A DNA stretch of 64,000 nt. Origin: Haliotis rufescens. Lineage: Eukaryota. Shown one piece after another: positions 1-14,364 of the stretch. The translations under genes and the position numbers were made by a program. The stretch is taken from the NCBI RefSeq assembly GCF_023055435.1, contig NW_025964372.1, positions 13,640,001 through 13,704,000 on the forward strand. Direction: 5' to 3'. The notes under the pieces were generated by a model. The model made no database searches. It saw only the letters and a list, made by a program, of their open reading frames with translations, and was not told the DNA's origin. How positions within the stretch are numbered: the first letter of the stretch is position 1; the number at the start of each line of letters is the position of its first letter.

Positions 1-342
1 TGTTCCTCATCATCATGATCATAGGCGTACCGCAAGCATAATCATGCTCATGTCATGATATGTAATACTAACAATACTATTACCAGAATTATTAGCAATG
101 ATTTTGTTTCAATACATCTACAAGTGTTGTTACTGGGTGAGGTAGTCATTATTGGTGACATGATATGAATAATAATCATTGATGATGATTCTAGTGGTAA
201 GAGGCTGGGGGCCCACATTAATTTCTAAAAATAGTGACACTGCTTTTATCATGTTTACAATGTTGACTTGTGATGATGACAGACATGAAGAGGAATAAAT
301 CTGTAGCTTGTGATATACATAAGTTGTTGTCTTGGTTACCAG

Positions 343-3300
343 GTGATAAAGGCGTACCTACAGATGTTGGCCAGTCACTGGAATGCACTTCTCCCACACC
401 ACTGCTATGTTCTCCCCATGGCCTTACAGCAACTGTGGCAGAGAGAGGAATACAACAGAGGCATGTTGGACAAGGTACTGTACCCAGGGCCCCCTTCCAC
501 AAAGCGATTGGACCCGCGAAGTTCTGCATTAGAATAGGTCTACAGCAACACATGCTTGTCGTTAACGTATCCAAATTGCGTAGATCGATGCTCATGATGT
601 CAACATGATCAATCACTCGATTGTCTGGTTCAGATTTGATTATTTACAGATCGCTGTCATATAGTAATGCTGAGTGTGGCGTTAACAAACAAACAAACAA
701 AGCGATCTTAGCACTACAATGATCATACTTTAATTACTAGTGTGTTAACAATGATTAAGAATGGGAGTTATGATTGTCTTTGCACTAAGATTGCTTTGTG
801 AATGTGGCCCTGGTCCACCTAAGCATTGACTCAGGTTGACAACCCCTTGCTTGAAGTAACCAAAACCTCTGGTAATAGTGAGTTCAGGTAAGATCCAGGG
901 TTGGTTTGACTCCTAACACACATAAGGTACTAAGGTTGATATTTAGTCAGTGTATATTCAGAGCAGTTTTTGAAACATGATGATAGGGTTTTTCTTCTTA
1001 TTTGTAACATGTGTACATGGTGTAAGGTATCAATTATTTTCTAAATGTTGAAAATCAAATTTTTCTGATTATACATACATGGTATAATTTTGATAATAAT
1101 GCAAATAGTGATAATGTTATTACGAAAATATCAAGAAAAATAATTGAAACATATTTAACACTGTCAAGCAGCGAGACATATAATATAAACAAAAGTATCA
1201 CCTTGTTCCAACATGTCCATTGCTCTGCAGAGAAGGACCAAATGCACCATCACATAGTTTATTGGCAAGATTGATCCAAAACCTTTCCCCCAATACACAC
1301 ATTGGGACATTTTTGTATCCTGAGTAAGTTTTCTACCCGGTAAATATTACAGGAAATTTAGGCGAACATATTGTTTGGCCCCACTTTGAGTTCGTTATAA
1401 CCGTAGTTCATTGTACTTTTGAAGTGTCATCTTGAATGGAATGGAACGCTGCTTTCTTAGTGGCTAATGCTGCCTTCCTATTAGTCATGACTCATTTGAT
1501 TGGTCAGTCAAAGTTCATGAAAGGTCAGTCGGATGTGATGTGTAATTGGATGTCCTCAGAGGTATCAAGAACTTTTAAACTGATTTTAAAGAGATTGGGG
1601 TAATTTAAACATGTGATAAATCTTGTTTTGTTTATTTAATGCATTTATTGTTTATTGTTAAGCAAGTTTATCTCTGCAGCCATTGTAATATGCAGCTACC
1701 AGCTGATGCGTCTCACATCAAAACATGGGGCTGTGTACTCGCGGGCAGATGACTACAGGATACACTGATCAGTGATCACTGTGTCAGGTTAACAAGACTG
1801 ATTTTGCTAATTCGTTGCAAATCAGGTGTGTCGGCGTCAGAGTGCGAGACTGTCGGATTAACAAGTCATTAGTGTCGGATAAAGCCGATTGTCAGATTAA
1901 CGAGGGTCGGATTAATGAGACTTGACTGTTCAGTCAAATCAATGATTGGCCGAAACATGCAAAATGACACAGCTTATGTTTGAGGTGTCCTTGCAGAAAT
2001 GTTTGACTTTGAACAGATAATGAGATGCATAGACATACAATTGAATGAAAAAAGAAAAGTAATTGAAAGGTATGGTTGCTATGGTTACAGGAAGTACTGA
2101 CTGAATACACATGGATCCTGATGCCGTATCAGGCGTCAGACAATCATTGGGTGCTGCTGGTCGCCAATGTACAAGATGGAACAATCCGGGTGGTCAACAC
2201 AGCACCAACTAAGCATCCCGATGTGACCATTGAAACAGCTGACCACTGGAGGTGGGTAGCCACTCACACATGCTTGATTGATTAATTCCATAAACATAAT
2301 AGAAACTTTGCAACAGATATATTCATAGATCTAAAAATCCCCACAGTCACCTAGTAACCCTCCTTGAGACATTTGAGATACCAACTTAGCATGCTGAAGG
2401 AGGTGGTTTGGTCGTAATCTTTTCTAATGAAGTTTTGTGCTCACTAGACTCGACTACTGCAATAGTTTGCTAGGTATTATCTCTAAGGAGCAGAACATGG
2501 CATCAAGGATTGTGTCAAGAACCAAAAAGGACATTTGACACCTGTGCTTCTCGATGTGCACTGGCCCCCCCAGTAGGATGTTTTGACCTGCCCAATAGCC
2601 GTGATAGCATGTATAGTGTCATATTTCTCCTACAAGATAGGATGCTCTGACCTGCCCAATAGCATGTGTAGTGTCATATTTCTCCTACATGATAGAATGT
2701 TCTGACCTGCCCAATAGCATGTATAGTGTCATATTTCTCCTACATGAAAGGATGTTTTGAAATGCCCAAAAGCATGTATAGTGTCATATATCTCCTACAT
2801 GATAGGATGTTTTGACCTGCCCAATAGCATGTATAGTGTCATATTTCTCCTACATTATAAGATGTTTTGACCTGCCCAATAGCATGTATAGTGTAATATT
2901 TCTCCTACATGATAGGATGTTTTGACCTGCCCAATAGCATGTATAGTGTCATATTTCTCCTACATGATAGAGATGTTTTGACATGCCCAATAGCATGTGT
3001 AGTGTCATATTTCTCCTACATGATAAGATGTTTTGACATGCCCAATAGCATGTGTAGTGTCATATTTCTCCTACATGATAGAATGTTCTGACCTGCCCAA
3101 TAGCATGTGTAGTGTCATATTTCTCCTACATGAAAGGATGTTTTGACATGCCCAAAAGCATGTATAGTGTCATATTTCTCCTACATGATAGAATGTTTTG
3201 ACCTGCCCAATAGCATGTATAGTGTCATATTTCTCCTACATGATAGAGATGTTTTGACATGCCCAATAGCATGTGTAGTGTCATATTTCTCCTACATGAT

Positions 3301-6300
3301 AAGATGTTTTGACATGCCCAATAGCATGTGTAGTGTCATATTTCTCCTACATGATAGAATGTTTTGACCTGCCCAATAGCATGTGTAGTGTCATATTTCT
3401 CCTACATGAAAGGATGTTTTGACATGCCCAAAAGCATGTATAGTGTCATATTTCTCCTACATGATAGAATGTTTTGACCTGCCCAATAGCATGTATAGTG
3501 TCATATTTCTCCTACATGATAAGATGTTTTGACCTGCCCAATAGCATGTATAGTGTCATATTTCTCCTACATGATAGGATGTTTTGACCTGCCCAATAGC
3601 ATGTATAGTGTCATATTTCTCCTACATGATAGAATGTTTTTAGCTGCCCAATAGCATGTATAGTGTCATATTTCTCCTACATGATAGAGATGTTTTGACA
3701 TGCCCAATAGCATGTGTAGTGTCATATTTCTCCTACATGATAAGATGTTTTGACATGCCCAATAGCATGTGTAGTGTCATATTTCTCCTACATGATAGAA
3801 TGTTTTGACATGCCCAATAGCATGTGTAGTGTCATATTTCTCCTACATGATAGGATGCTCTGACCTGCCCAATAGCATGTATAGTATCATATTTCTCCTA
3901 CATGATAGAATGTTCTGACCTGCCCAATAGCATGTATAGTGTCATATTTCTCCTACATGATAGGATGTTTTGACCTGCCCAATAGCATGTATAGTGTCAT
4001 ATTTCTCCTACATGATAGGATGTTTTGACCTGCCCAATAGCATGTATAGTGTCATATTTCTCCTACATGATAGAGATGTTTTGACCTGCCCAATAGCATG
4101 TATAGTGTCATATTTCTCCTACATGATAAGATGTTTTGACCTGCCCAATAGCATGTATAGTGTCATATTTCTCCTACATGATAGGATGTTTTGACCTGCC
4201 CAATAGCATGTATAGTGTCATATTTCTCCTACATGATAGAATGTTTTGACCTGCCCAATAGCATGTATAGTGTCATATTTCTCCTACATGATAGAGATGT
4301 TTTGACATGCCCAATAGCATGTGTAGTGTCATATTTCTCCTACATGATAAGATGTTTTGACATGCCCAATAGCATGTGTAGTGTCATATTTCTCCTACAT
4401 GATAGAATGTTTTGACATGCCCAATAGCATGTGTAGTGTCATATTTCTCCTACATGATAGGATGCTCTGACCTGCCCAATAGCATGTATAGTATCATATT
4501 TCTCCTACATGATAGAATGTTCTGACCTGCCCAATAGCATGTATAGTGTCATATTTCTCCTACATGATAGGATGTTTTGACCTGCCCAATAGCATGTATA
4601 GTGTAATATTTCTCCTACATGATAGGATGTTTTGACCTGCCCAATAGCATGTATAGTGTCATATTTCTCCTACATGATAGAGATGTTTTGACATGCCCAA
4701 TAGCATGTGTAGTGTCATATTTCTCCTACATGATAAGATGTTTTGACATGCCCAATAGCATGTGTAGTGTCATATTTCTCCTACATGATAGAATGTTCTG
4801 ACCTGCCCAATAGCATGTGTAGTGTCATATTTCTCCTAAATGAAAGGATGTTTTGACATGCCCAAAAGCATGTATAGTGTCATATTTCTCCTACATGATA
4901 GAATGTTTTGACCTGCCCAATAGCATGTATAGTGTCATATTTCTCCTACATGATAGAGATGTTTTGACATGCCCAATAGCATGTGTAGTGTCATATTTCT
5001 CCTACATGATAAGATGTTTTGACATGCCCAATAGCATGTGTAGTGTCATATTTCTCCTACATGATAGAATGTTCTGACCTGCCCAATAGCATGTGTAGTG
5101 TCATATTTCTCCTACATGAAAGGATGTTTTGACATGCCCAAAAGCATGTATAGTGTCATATTTCTCCTACATGATAGAATGTTTTGACCTGCCCAATAGC
5201 ATGTATAGTGTCATATTTCTCCTACATGATAAGATGTTTTGACCTGCCCAATAGCATGTATAGTGTCATATTTCTCCTACATGATAGGATGTTTTGACCT
5301 GCCCAATAGCATGTATAGTGTCATATTTCTCCTACATGATAGAATGTTTTTAGCTGCCCAATAGCATGTATAGTGTCATATTTCTCCTACATGATAGAGA
5401 TGTTTTGACATGCCCAATAGCATGTGTAGTGTCATATTTCTCCTACATGATAAGATGTTTTGACATGCCCAATAGCATGTGTAGTGTCATATTTCTCCTA
5501 CATGATAGAATGTTTTGACATGCCCAATAGCATGTGTAGTGTCATATTTCTCCTACATGATAGGATGCTCTGACCTGCCCAATAGCATGTATAGTATCAT
5601 ATTTCTCCTACATGATAGAATGTTCTGACCTGCCCAATAGCATGTATAGTGTCATATTTCTCCTACATGATAGGATGTTTTGACCTGCCCAATAGCATGT
5701 ATAGTGTCATATTTCTCCTACATGATAAGATGTTTTTAGCTGCCCAATAGCATGTATAGTGTCATATTTCTCCTACATGATAAGATGTTTTGACCTGCCC
5801 AATAGCATGTGTAGTGTCATATTTCTCCTACATGATAGAATGTTTTGACCTGCCCAATAGCATGTATAGTGTCATATTTCTCCTACATGATAGAGATGTT
5901 TTGACATGCCCAATAGCATGTGTAGTGTCATATTTCTCCTACATGATAAGATGTTTTGACATGCCCAATAGCATGTGTAGTGTCATATTTCTCCTACATG
6001 ATAGAATGTTCTGACCTGCCCAATAGCATGTGTAGTGTCATATTTCTCCTACATGATAGGATGCACTGACCTGCCCAATAGCATGTATAGTGTCATATTT
6101 CTCCTACATGATAGAATGTTTTGACCTGCCCAATAGCATGTATAGTGTCATATTTATCCTACATGATAGGATGTTTTGACCTGCCCAATAGCATGTGTAG
6201 TGTCATATTTCTCCTACATGATAGGATGTTTTGACGTGCCCAATAGCATGTATAGTGTCATATTTCTCCTACATGATAGGATGTTCTGACTGTTAATCCC

Positions 6301-7682
6301 TATAGTGATACATATTTCTCCCATTAATTTTGATGTTTCTCCTATTTCTCCAGGAAGTACATGAAGTATCGCAGCTCCCACACTGGACAGAACCTGACAA
6401 GATGGAGCCTGGAGGACTGTCATGTGTTGGAGCAAACAGATCCACCCAGTAGCGGAGTCCATGTTTTGATGGTCAGTATTCACAGACGTCTTCACCTTCA
6501 TGCAATATGTCACAAGGTCCTCATCCGACAAATATGGAACCTAGTGGTCTTTAAAAAACATAGCTGCCTCCACTCCTTTGCGTGGAACAGAATATGTCCT
6601 CAGTATGTTTGTTAAACAAGTTGACTGAGGATGGGACTGACACCATGGGTGACCTAGCTGAGTGTGTCATTGTGCCCTGACTGCACTGATTCATTTTTTA
6701 CTATGTTGCCAGGTAGGGGTGTGTGATATAACTGGCATACCGGTATATTGCAATACAGCCGTCAGCAAGACATGCATATCAATACAGCCATTGTGTATCC
6801 ATATTTTCCGATACAGTCAAAGAAGAATTAATCTATAATTATTTAGATCATATCTACTATTTGGCATTTGGATGGACTGGGTTCATATGTAAACAGAAAA
6901 CATTTTACATTAATATTCCATATTGATGACACAATAGGTAGTCGTTTATCCATACTACCCATCTCGCAATTTGAAGTCGGGATCATTGAATGAAGTACCA
7001 TTTGAACAGAACAGATATACATAATTTGGGCCCAAATACGTACTGCAGTATGTATCGCAATACAGCTTCTGAAGAAAGGGTTATGGCCTCTGAGGTTTGA
7101 AACAGCCAGAGACAACATACAGTACAGCATTTGTCATTTTAGAATGTGTTAAAATGGTAAACATGGTAAAAGTTTCACTATCTTTGTATAATTACAAACT
7201 GCAGTCATCTAGCTGGAATATTGCTGACATCAGCGTTTAACAACAAACAATTTTATTAAGCATGTTTTTTTGTGTGAAACCATTTCGTAATCATCATGAG
7301 ATGGGAACTCATGTGAACTATTGCTAAGGTTATTTTTCTGTTGTAGGCAGCGGAGTCCATCCTACGTGGAGCATCACCTGTAGTAATGAGAAATTGTCAT
7401 GTCCGACGGTTCCGTCAGTATGCGCTCGATAAAATTCTCAATGCAGCTAACTTTGATATGCAGGAGGAGCAAATTGGTGGACGTATGTATGCGTGATTAT
7501 TAATTGATTAATCCTTTGTTGTATGCGTGACAATAACTGCAGCAAGGTTAACTTCTAGTTTACAAGTGATTACCAACGATAACAGACGATGTCTTTTTTT
7601 TAATATCATTCGCTTAATCATATTTTAGGATTATTTTTTTTCGAATTATTGTAATGTTATGAAATTTCTGGAATATCTAATC

Positions 7683-7764
<82 letters not shown>

Positions 7765-9147
7765 TTTAACCGCAAATGTGAGCCAATGCTTCCAGAGTAA
7801 TTTGGTCCAGATTAAGGGGTTTCATTGTTTATGACGAACAGCTGACATTAAATGTTTTTCAACTGTGTTTCAGTGGATGATGAGGAGGATCTTCTTGCTG
7901 AGGACAACCTGCCAACAGGAGCTGATGGTTGTCCAGAGTCCATGGACAGAGACATCTCCTCTCGGGGTGCTGGGTCCAGTCAGACATGCATGTCAGCCAG
8001 TGCTGTACCCTCCTGCAGTTCAGCCTCTGTGTCAGGGGTGCAAGGCAGAGAGTCACCAGTTGGGAGGACCTCACCCCAAAGTCCCCGGAAGAGGAGGCAC
8101 TCATCTGGAGCTTCTGTGATTGATAGTCAAGACAAGGCAATAGATTTCTCCCTGGCCCAGAGCGGGGGCATATCTGAAGATGGACAGCCCAGGAGCTCAG
8201 ATGATGGTAGAAACTGCCGGAATCGCAGTCCCACTCAGTTTGTCGGCTCGCACCCTAAAGAACATAACTATGCCAATCGAGTGTCAGCCGCACAGGGAGC
8301 AGCATTCCTGAAGCCCACCCCCCACACTATTCCAAGCGCTGACAACCTAGAGAATGTTCCAAGGCAAGTGATAAACCCTGTTCCTGTGTTCAGACCATCG
8401 GGGTATTTGTTCCAGAGTGGATATGTTCCCAAACATCCACCTCCAATGTACCCAATAGACAATTTATATCGTGGACCTGGCCCCTTCCCGAATCCCCTCT
8501 CCTCCTCAACTGTCCAGGAGAAACCATGTGATATGAGTATGCAATCTCAGATAGCTCTAGACTCTCAACCAAGCACATCCTCTCAGTATAGTTATGCGCA
8601 GATGAACTCAGAGGTTGAGGATCTAAGAGTAAACCCCTCCAGCAGCTTTAACCATCCTCATCTACCCCCTCCCTACCAGGTGTCTGAGTCAGCAGGGGCA
8701 ACTTACACCGAGCTCTCAAATGTCCGCATCTCTGATCTGCAGTCAAGCAGCCTCATCACAAGCTCACTGACCATTGCTGAAAACGAGAATCTGGTGATGA
8801 AGACAATTGTGAGGGATGCCTCCCCATCCCCGTCAGCATCATCAGATAGCAGTAACATCACCATCCATGTTGTATCACCGGCGCCAGATCAAAGACTAGC
8901 TGGTGAATCATCAGAAGATGGATTTGCTCATGTGACTCGGCCTTCTACTAGTAGAGTTGTTAGTGACCAAGATCTGTTCCGGGCATCTGGGAGTGGACAA
9001 GGATCTGGGAGTGTTGAGTCGAGGGCAGCAGGAGCTGACGGTCACTCTGCACCTCCATGTAGTGACTCTGAAGACAGTGATGGGGACAAAGAGGAAGATC
9101 TTAGTAATCTGAATATGCTTAGTGCAGTAGCATCAAAAGATGCATGA
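343..9147 (+). CDS. Ulp1/SENP-like (peptidase C48 fold) protein, 5'-partial, with Ser/Pro-rich disordered C-terminal tail; probable pseudo-protease
   Basis: Exons with GT-AG boundaries and matching phases: 343-474 (VIKAYLQML...), 2091-2251 (WILMPYQASDNHWVLLVANVQDGTIRVVNT), 6354-6471 (LEQTDPPSSGVHVLM), 7347-7482 (AAESILRG...RRFRQY), 7874-9147 (stop TGA). Motif order VINxYL / PxxxxxHWxL / QxxxxxCGVxV / R matches Ulp1-type proteases. Upstream exons lie outside the window. Confidence 0.75.
486..812. mobile_element. Small MITE-like element interrupted by a SINE
   Basis: Inverted termini cagggcccccttccacaaagcgat / attgctttgtgaatgtggccctg; the SINE inside is flanked by duplicated acaaagcgat. Confidence 0.55.
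511..700 (+). mobile_element. SINE family A (internally deleted copy)
   Basis: Shares gatcgatgctcatgat...gattatttacaga...gctgagtgtggcgttaa and the (AAAC)n tail with more than 10 other copies in the window. Confidence 0.7.
2575..6290. repeat. 55-bp minisatellite (~67 copies) in an intron, with a 1710-bp higher-order duplication
   Basis: Unit gatgttttgacctgcccaatagcatgtatagtgtcatatttctcctacatgatag; identical variant order at 2909/4619 and 3143/4853. Confidence 0.95.
7685..7764. repeat. (GATT)n microsatellite
   Basis: About 20 perfect GATT units. Confidence 0.95.
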
Positions 9148-9904
9148 TCTTTGTTTTAGTTATTTAAAAAGTAACCTGTAATATTGTTCAATGAATTTAT
9201 GGTACCATGATGTATGCAGGTTAAAGGAGGAGATGAGTATCTGATGGACTGCTGCAGAAGTGTCCGGGGTCCAGCTGTAGCAACAAATTCAGGGATAAAT
9301 TAATACATGTATAAATGATTGTCCTGAAGCTTCATGTCTCACACAAATCTTGTAAACCTGCTTACATGTTGGACATTCAGGTAGAAACTGTAGACATACC
9401 AGGTCTTCACTTGAGCAAATGTCACATCTGTTCATCTGTTCACCAAATATGTAACGCTTTATCTAATAGTGCTTGGAATATGTGGAAGTGTGGTAACCAT
9501 TCTGACTTTGCTGAAGTAAAATTTTCATCCTGTTATTGAATTCATTACGTTCCAGTACTGTATGTTCATCAAGTTAGGATCCATTGTTGTGTTATATTTT
9601 AACATGTTCACCTTGTTTGATGTGTCTGTAATTAGTTTGTGCACTAACGGACTATGTGCTTTTTAATTTATTTGTTTTAATGTTGAATTTTTAAATATAG
9701 ACGCCCCCACCCCTCCAACTGTTCCAGTTTTACACTTTGTTTTGTTAATAGATCGAAACAGTCTTAGAACATCTGAATATTTGTAGACTTCCTAACTCAT
9801 TTAGGAATAGTTTGATAACATAATATTATGTTTCTCACAATTACTTACAATAAGATCTAAATTGGCTAATAAACCCTGGATGAAATAAAAAAAGACATGA
9901 TTAT

Positions 9905-10090
9905 AAGAGGCCATTAATTGGATCAGGTGGTCAGGCTCACTGACTTGGTTGATGCGTGTCATCGTATCCCAAGTGTGTAGATCGATGAAAATGATATCAA
10001 TCACTTGATTGTCTGGTCCACACTTGATTATTTACAGATGGCCGTAATATAGCTGGATTATTGCTGAGCATTAAACAACAAACAAACAAA
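9905..10090 (+). mobile_element. SINE family A, degenerate
   Basis: ggtggtcaggctcactgacttggttgatgc ... (AAAC)n tail. Confidence 0.7.
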
Positions 10091-10622
10091 AACATATTGA
10101 TGAAAGGGTGAAATCTTGTACCCCGGAAGGTTGTGTTATGCAATTTCTAGCCATAGCAAGCTTACTGTCAACTGTATGAAGATTGAAGAAGTCAGATATG
10201 TTCTCAAAAACAAAAAAGTGATCATTTAAATCTATTGAGAACTGATTTGATTTTCAAATTTTGAATTTATGAATTACAATACTTCTGATCTGTAGAACAA
10301 ATATGGGGTCCATTTTCAGCTGAATTTAAATAAGTATGCTTTAAATTTTCAAAGACTAAACAGCATTGATCTATGTTCTTCAGTCCAGTGTTGCATATGA
10401 GACTTGGCAGATTCATCTTTGATCAAACTCAAGTGGTATTCAGAACAAAGCATAACCTCCAACCCTACTTCAGGTGTCAGTCACTAAGTCAGATTGTCAG
10501 TACAAGTGTTTCCGTTGAAATGCTTCAATAAGTGTAACACTCTTGGGTATATATGCCTGTCACTCTTCATAGTGCTTTCTTGTAACCTCTTCATCAAACA
10601 CTGTATGCACTTAAGGTTCAGG

Positions 10623-10775
10623 GAGTTGAGTGAGTATGGTTTTAGCAATATTCCAGCAGTTTCACTGCGGAGGACACTGGGACATGGGCTTCACACATTG
10701 TACTCATGTGGGGAATCGAACCCAGGTCTTCACCGTGACGAGCCAACCCTTTAACCACTAGACTACCCATCACCT
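10623..10775 (-). mobile_element. tRNA-derived SINE family B
   Basis: B-box (ggttcgattcc on - strand), A-box-like tagtctagtgg, (ACTC)n tail. Confidence 0.7.
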
Positions 10776-13700
10776 AGGGTAGTTGCGGGTTACTGTTGTC
10801 ATGGAAGATTTGATTTAAGGACATGTTTATGATAACTGATCATGAAGTTTATAGATACATAAAATACTTACTATTTCCAGATGATGTATATATAATGTAT
10901 AGAGGTGTATCTTATTATGTAAATGTAATGTTTTCAAAGTCAGTGAACAGATTTGATTGAATAACTATAACTGTATTGTCTTAGTTGTCATGGTCAGATG
11001 CAATATATATATGTGTGATCATTATCTTGTAGACGTTTACAAGATCTATTTCATTATGTTTATAATTGTACAAGTAGCACGTGTGTAGCCCTTCTGTTAG
11101 TCTCCCTGTCTGTACAACAACAGTGAAACTCCTAACCAACCATCACACAGTGACACCAGTCTATCCATGTACAAGCATCCACATGACAGCTGCAATTACA
11201 CCTCAACAGTAATTCTGCAGTCCACATGCAGGTGCACTCTGCATCCTAAGCAATAATTCAGATGGAAGTATTTTTTTGAATATTCATTCACAACCGAACA
11301 TACAGTGGTCAGAAGGAGCTTTTTCTGTGTTCAAGAATTCAATATAAAGGTCAGTTGGTTCCTGTCATAACCCTCCTATTGAAAATTGTAGATCGGTGGT
11401 ACTTTTATCAAAGTATTTAATAAAATCTATGATGGAGACCAGGACCCTCTCAATCTTGAACATTTCTTTTCGATGCATTACGCAGCGGATGTGCATCACT
11501 TTGTTTGTGTACACCGTAAGCTCACTCGAAACGGTCGTGTAAAGTTATGTCATGGTGTGGTGTCCGTCTACCTTTAGCTCTACATTTTCAACATCTATGA
11601 AGCCGAAACTGGTGATACCATCGATGGTTTGTCTCAAAAGTGAAACAGAAATCAGCCATATTGAAAATAACATTTAGTTCCAGTACTTGTGTATTATTCA
11701 ATCATTCTTACATTGGGTATGTGTAAGGACATGTTACTTGTTGACATGATCTGTTCTACTCTATGGCTTCATCATGCACCATATTCTCATTGTTGCCCAT
11801 CAGGCATCCGCTGTTTTATTTTGCAATTCTGGATTTGCCAAAAAGAGCCAGAATCTCGCTAGAATACAGTACTACCAAAATCAAACAAATTCTAAAACTA
11901 ATGTAACAGCTGTAGGCTTATCCTCAAGCTCTAGTTTACCCCCGTTCACTATACCCGGGTATTAGTTTCTTGAATGATAATTGATAAAATGTGTTGTTTA
12001 TCTGGCCACTGTGGACCTCTAATAAATAGGACAAAGCATTCTCAAAAGTAAAGACATGTTGAGCTTCACAAGATTACAGCCCTATTGTAAAAGTCCTTTT
12101 GGTCCATTATTCAGCTGTCTGCATACATCACTGTGGAAAGCAAGTATGTTGGTGTGCAATACCATCTGATATGTCTCAATCTGATCAACGGAAACCTTCA
12201 ATCTTTGTTTAAAGGCAGCGTTAGAAATTGTCACTAGTCCTGTAGTCCTTGCCAAACTGCCCAATAGTTAGGTACCACAAAGGACTAGTAGAAATTTGCC
12301 ATTATTAATGTTTTTACTATATATTATCAGTGAGTTCAAGAGCCTTATGGCTCTAATATATTTATCTCACTAAAATGTCAAGGTTAGTCATCAGTTCAAC
12401 AACAAAAGTGCAAAGAAAATTCGTGAACTTGAAATATTCACAATAGTATTGTGGAAATAAACTATCAGTGATCTTTTGTTACATCTGGTAGATTATATTA
12501 GCTGTAGGTGGGAATGACGGACAATCGTTTACCAGCAGGCAATAATGACTATTGATGGTCCAACTTTTCATGGGAAAATACAAACCAAATAAACAGAAAG
12601 GGTAGTCTTTGATCAGTGCATGAAATATGTAGTGGGTGGTGCATGTATTCATGTTTGTGTAACTGTTCATTAATAAGCAGCACGAAATAGGTGGCACTTC
12701 AGTAGGTTTTCCGATAACTTTTTCAAAAAGGTGTATTAATTACCGAGAGATACATGGTTTGGTATAAACATAAGAATGTGGTGTTTGGGGTAGTGTAGTG
12801 GTAAAGCAGGATCGCAGAGTTCCCTGTGTAGTTGCATCCCCTATATGTGCCAGGATCTACTAATCACTGGTTCAAGTCCATCTTTGTACTCTGTGTGCTT
12901 TGTCAGCTCCATACCCAAGCTCAACGTTTTTCATGCTCCTTGGGCTTTTGGTTTTACATTCTCAGGCTGTGATGTTACCGAAATACTGTTCTAAACACAA
13001 GTCAGTCACTCGTCAAAGCATTGGCTCATCCGGCTGAAGAGCCAGTAGGAGTGCCAGGTCTCTCCAAGCCTATGTTACGGGAAGCTTTGCAGTCAATGGA
13101 TGTTGGATAAATCATCTATCACCCATCAATAGTTGTATGACTAGTACCACCACAAGGTGGAGGACTGCTCTTCTGTAAACAGATATAGCAAATTTATATG
13201 ACTTTTTGCTTTATCAAGGACGTTTTTGTTTGATTGAACCCTGCCATGGCTAGAGTACACATACAGTGGAATCTGAAAACACTGCACTGCACAGACTGGA
13301 GGCTGACTCTTTAGGTAATATTCTAGCAAGAGTTATATCCTTGGTAACACTGGTGGACATTCCAAAGTCTATTTGTGTGGTCATCTAAAATCGTAACAAT
13401 ATACAGTAGATTGTAACTTGGAAATAATTGTTGGTTTGTTCATATTCTAAAATATTTATGACAACTAAAATGTGTCTTGTCCTTTTTGTTGTAAACAAAT
13501 AGTTTTGGACAGGAGTAAGTGTGTAAATTAATAAGTGTGAAACAATTTTGATCAGGGAACTCATTATATTTTTTTATGATAGCCATCTTTCTGGGACCAC
13601 AGAGTAGTGTTATAGTGAAAGATTCCACTGTATTATTGTTAGGGGTTGGATTTATGTCATGTTTTTTGTTCATAGTATTTCATTATTTCACCTTGATTGA

Positions 13701-14089
13701 ATTTTCTATGTTGTGACCTAGATACTGTGCCATGCAAATAGTTGTTGATTTTTTGGTTAAAATAATGTGTATTATCTTCAAATGAAGCACTTATTCATGT
13801 GGAGATTCTCAGATGTTATTTTATGTACATTTATGACAAAAAGAATAAATGTATCTTTATCTTAAATAGCTGTTTTATGGTATTTTGTAACTTGTGTCAA
13901 TATTTTCTTCACTTATACAATGTCTGGAGTTTGCTTTAATGAAGCCCCATTGAATTACTATAGTAGAGACGCGCCATTGAATATTCTTGGGATTTTTGTA
14001 AGTGACAGGAATTATTTGCTTCAAAACACATTATGTTTATGTGAAAGGTGGACCCAAGCAATTTAATTGTGTGGAACAACTCCTAATCT

Positions 14090-14295
14090 GCAGGATTAGG
14101 TTAGAAAAGGTCCCCACCAACCCATGATTGTTATACGGGTTGACATGATAGATCGGGTGGTTAATTCTGGTATCGTACCCAAACAGCAATGAACCTTGCA
14201 CATATATCAATCACTGGTTTGTCTAATCAAGACTTGATTATTTGCCGGCTGCTGTCATAGCATGAACATGGCAGCATAACACAACAAACCAACAA
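14090..14295 (+). mobile_element. SINE family A, highly degenerate
   Basis: gatcgggtgg...atcaatcactggtttgtct...gacttgattattt...acaacaaacc. Confidence 0.5.
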
Positions 14296-14364
14296 ACCTT
14301 GAAACACCCAGATCACATGGTAGCTTACACCTGGCTCAGGGCAGTTGATGAGCTCCTTGTTACG

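Noticed and set aside
2575-6290. CRISPR-like appearance of regular repeats (also the other arrays)
   Set aside because: Head-to-tail units with no unique spacers, no cas genes, eukaryotic context
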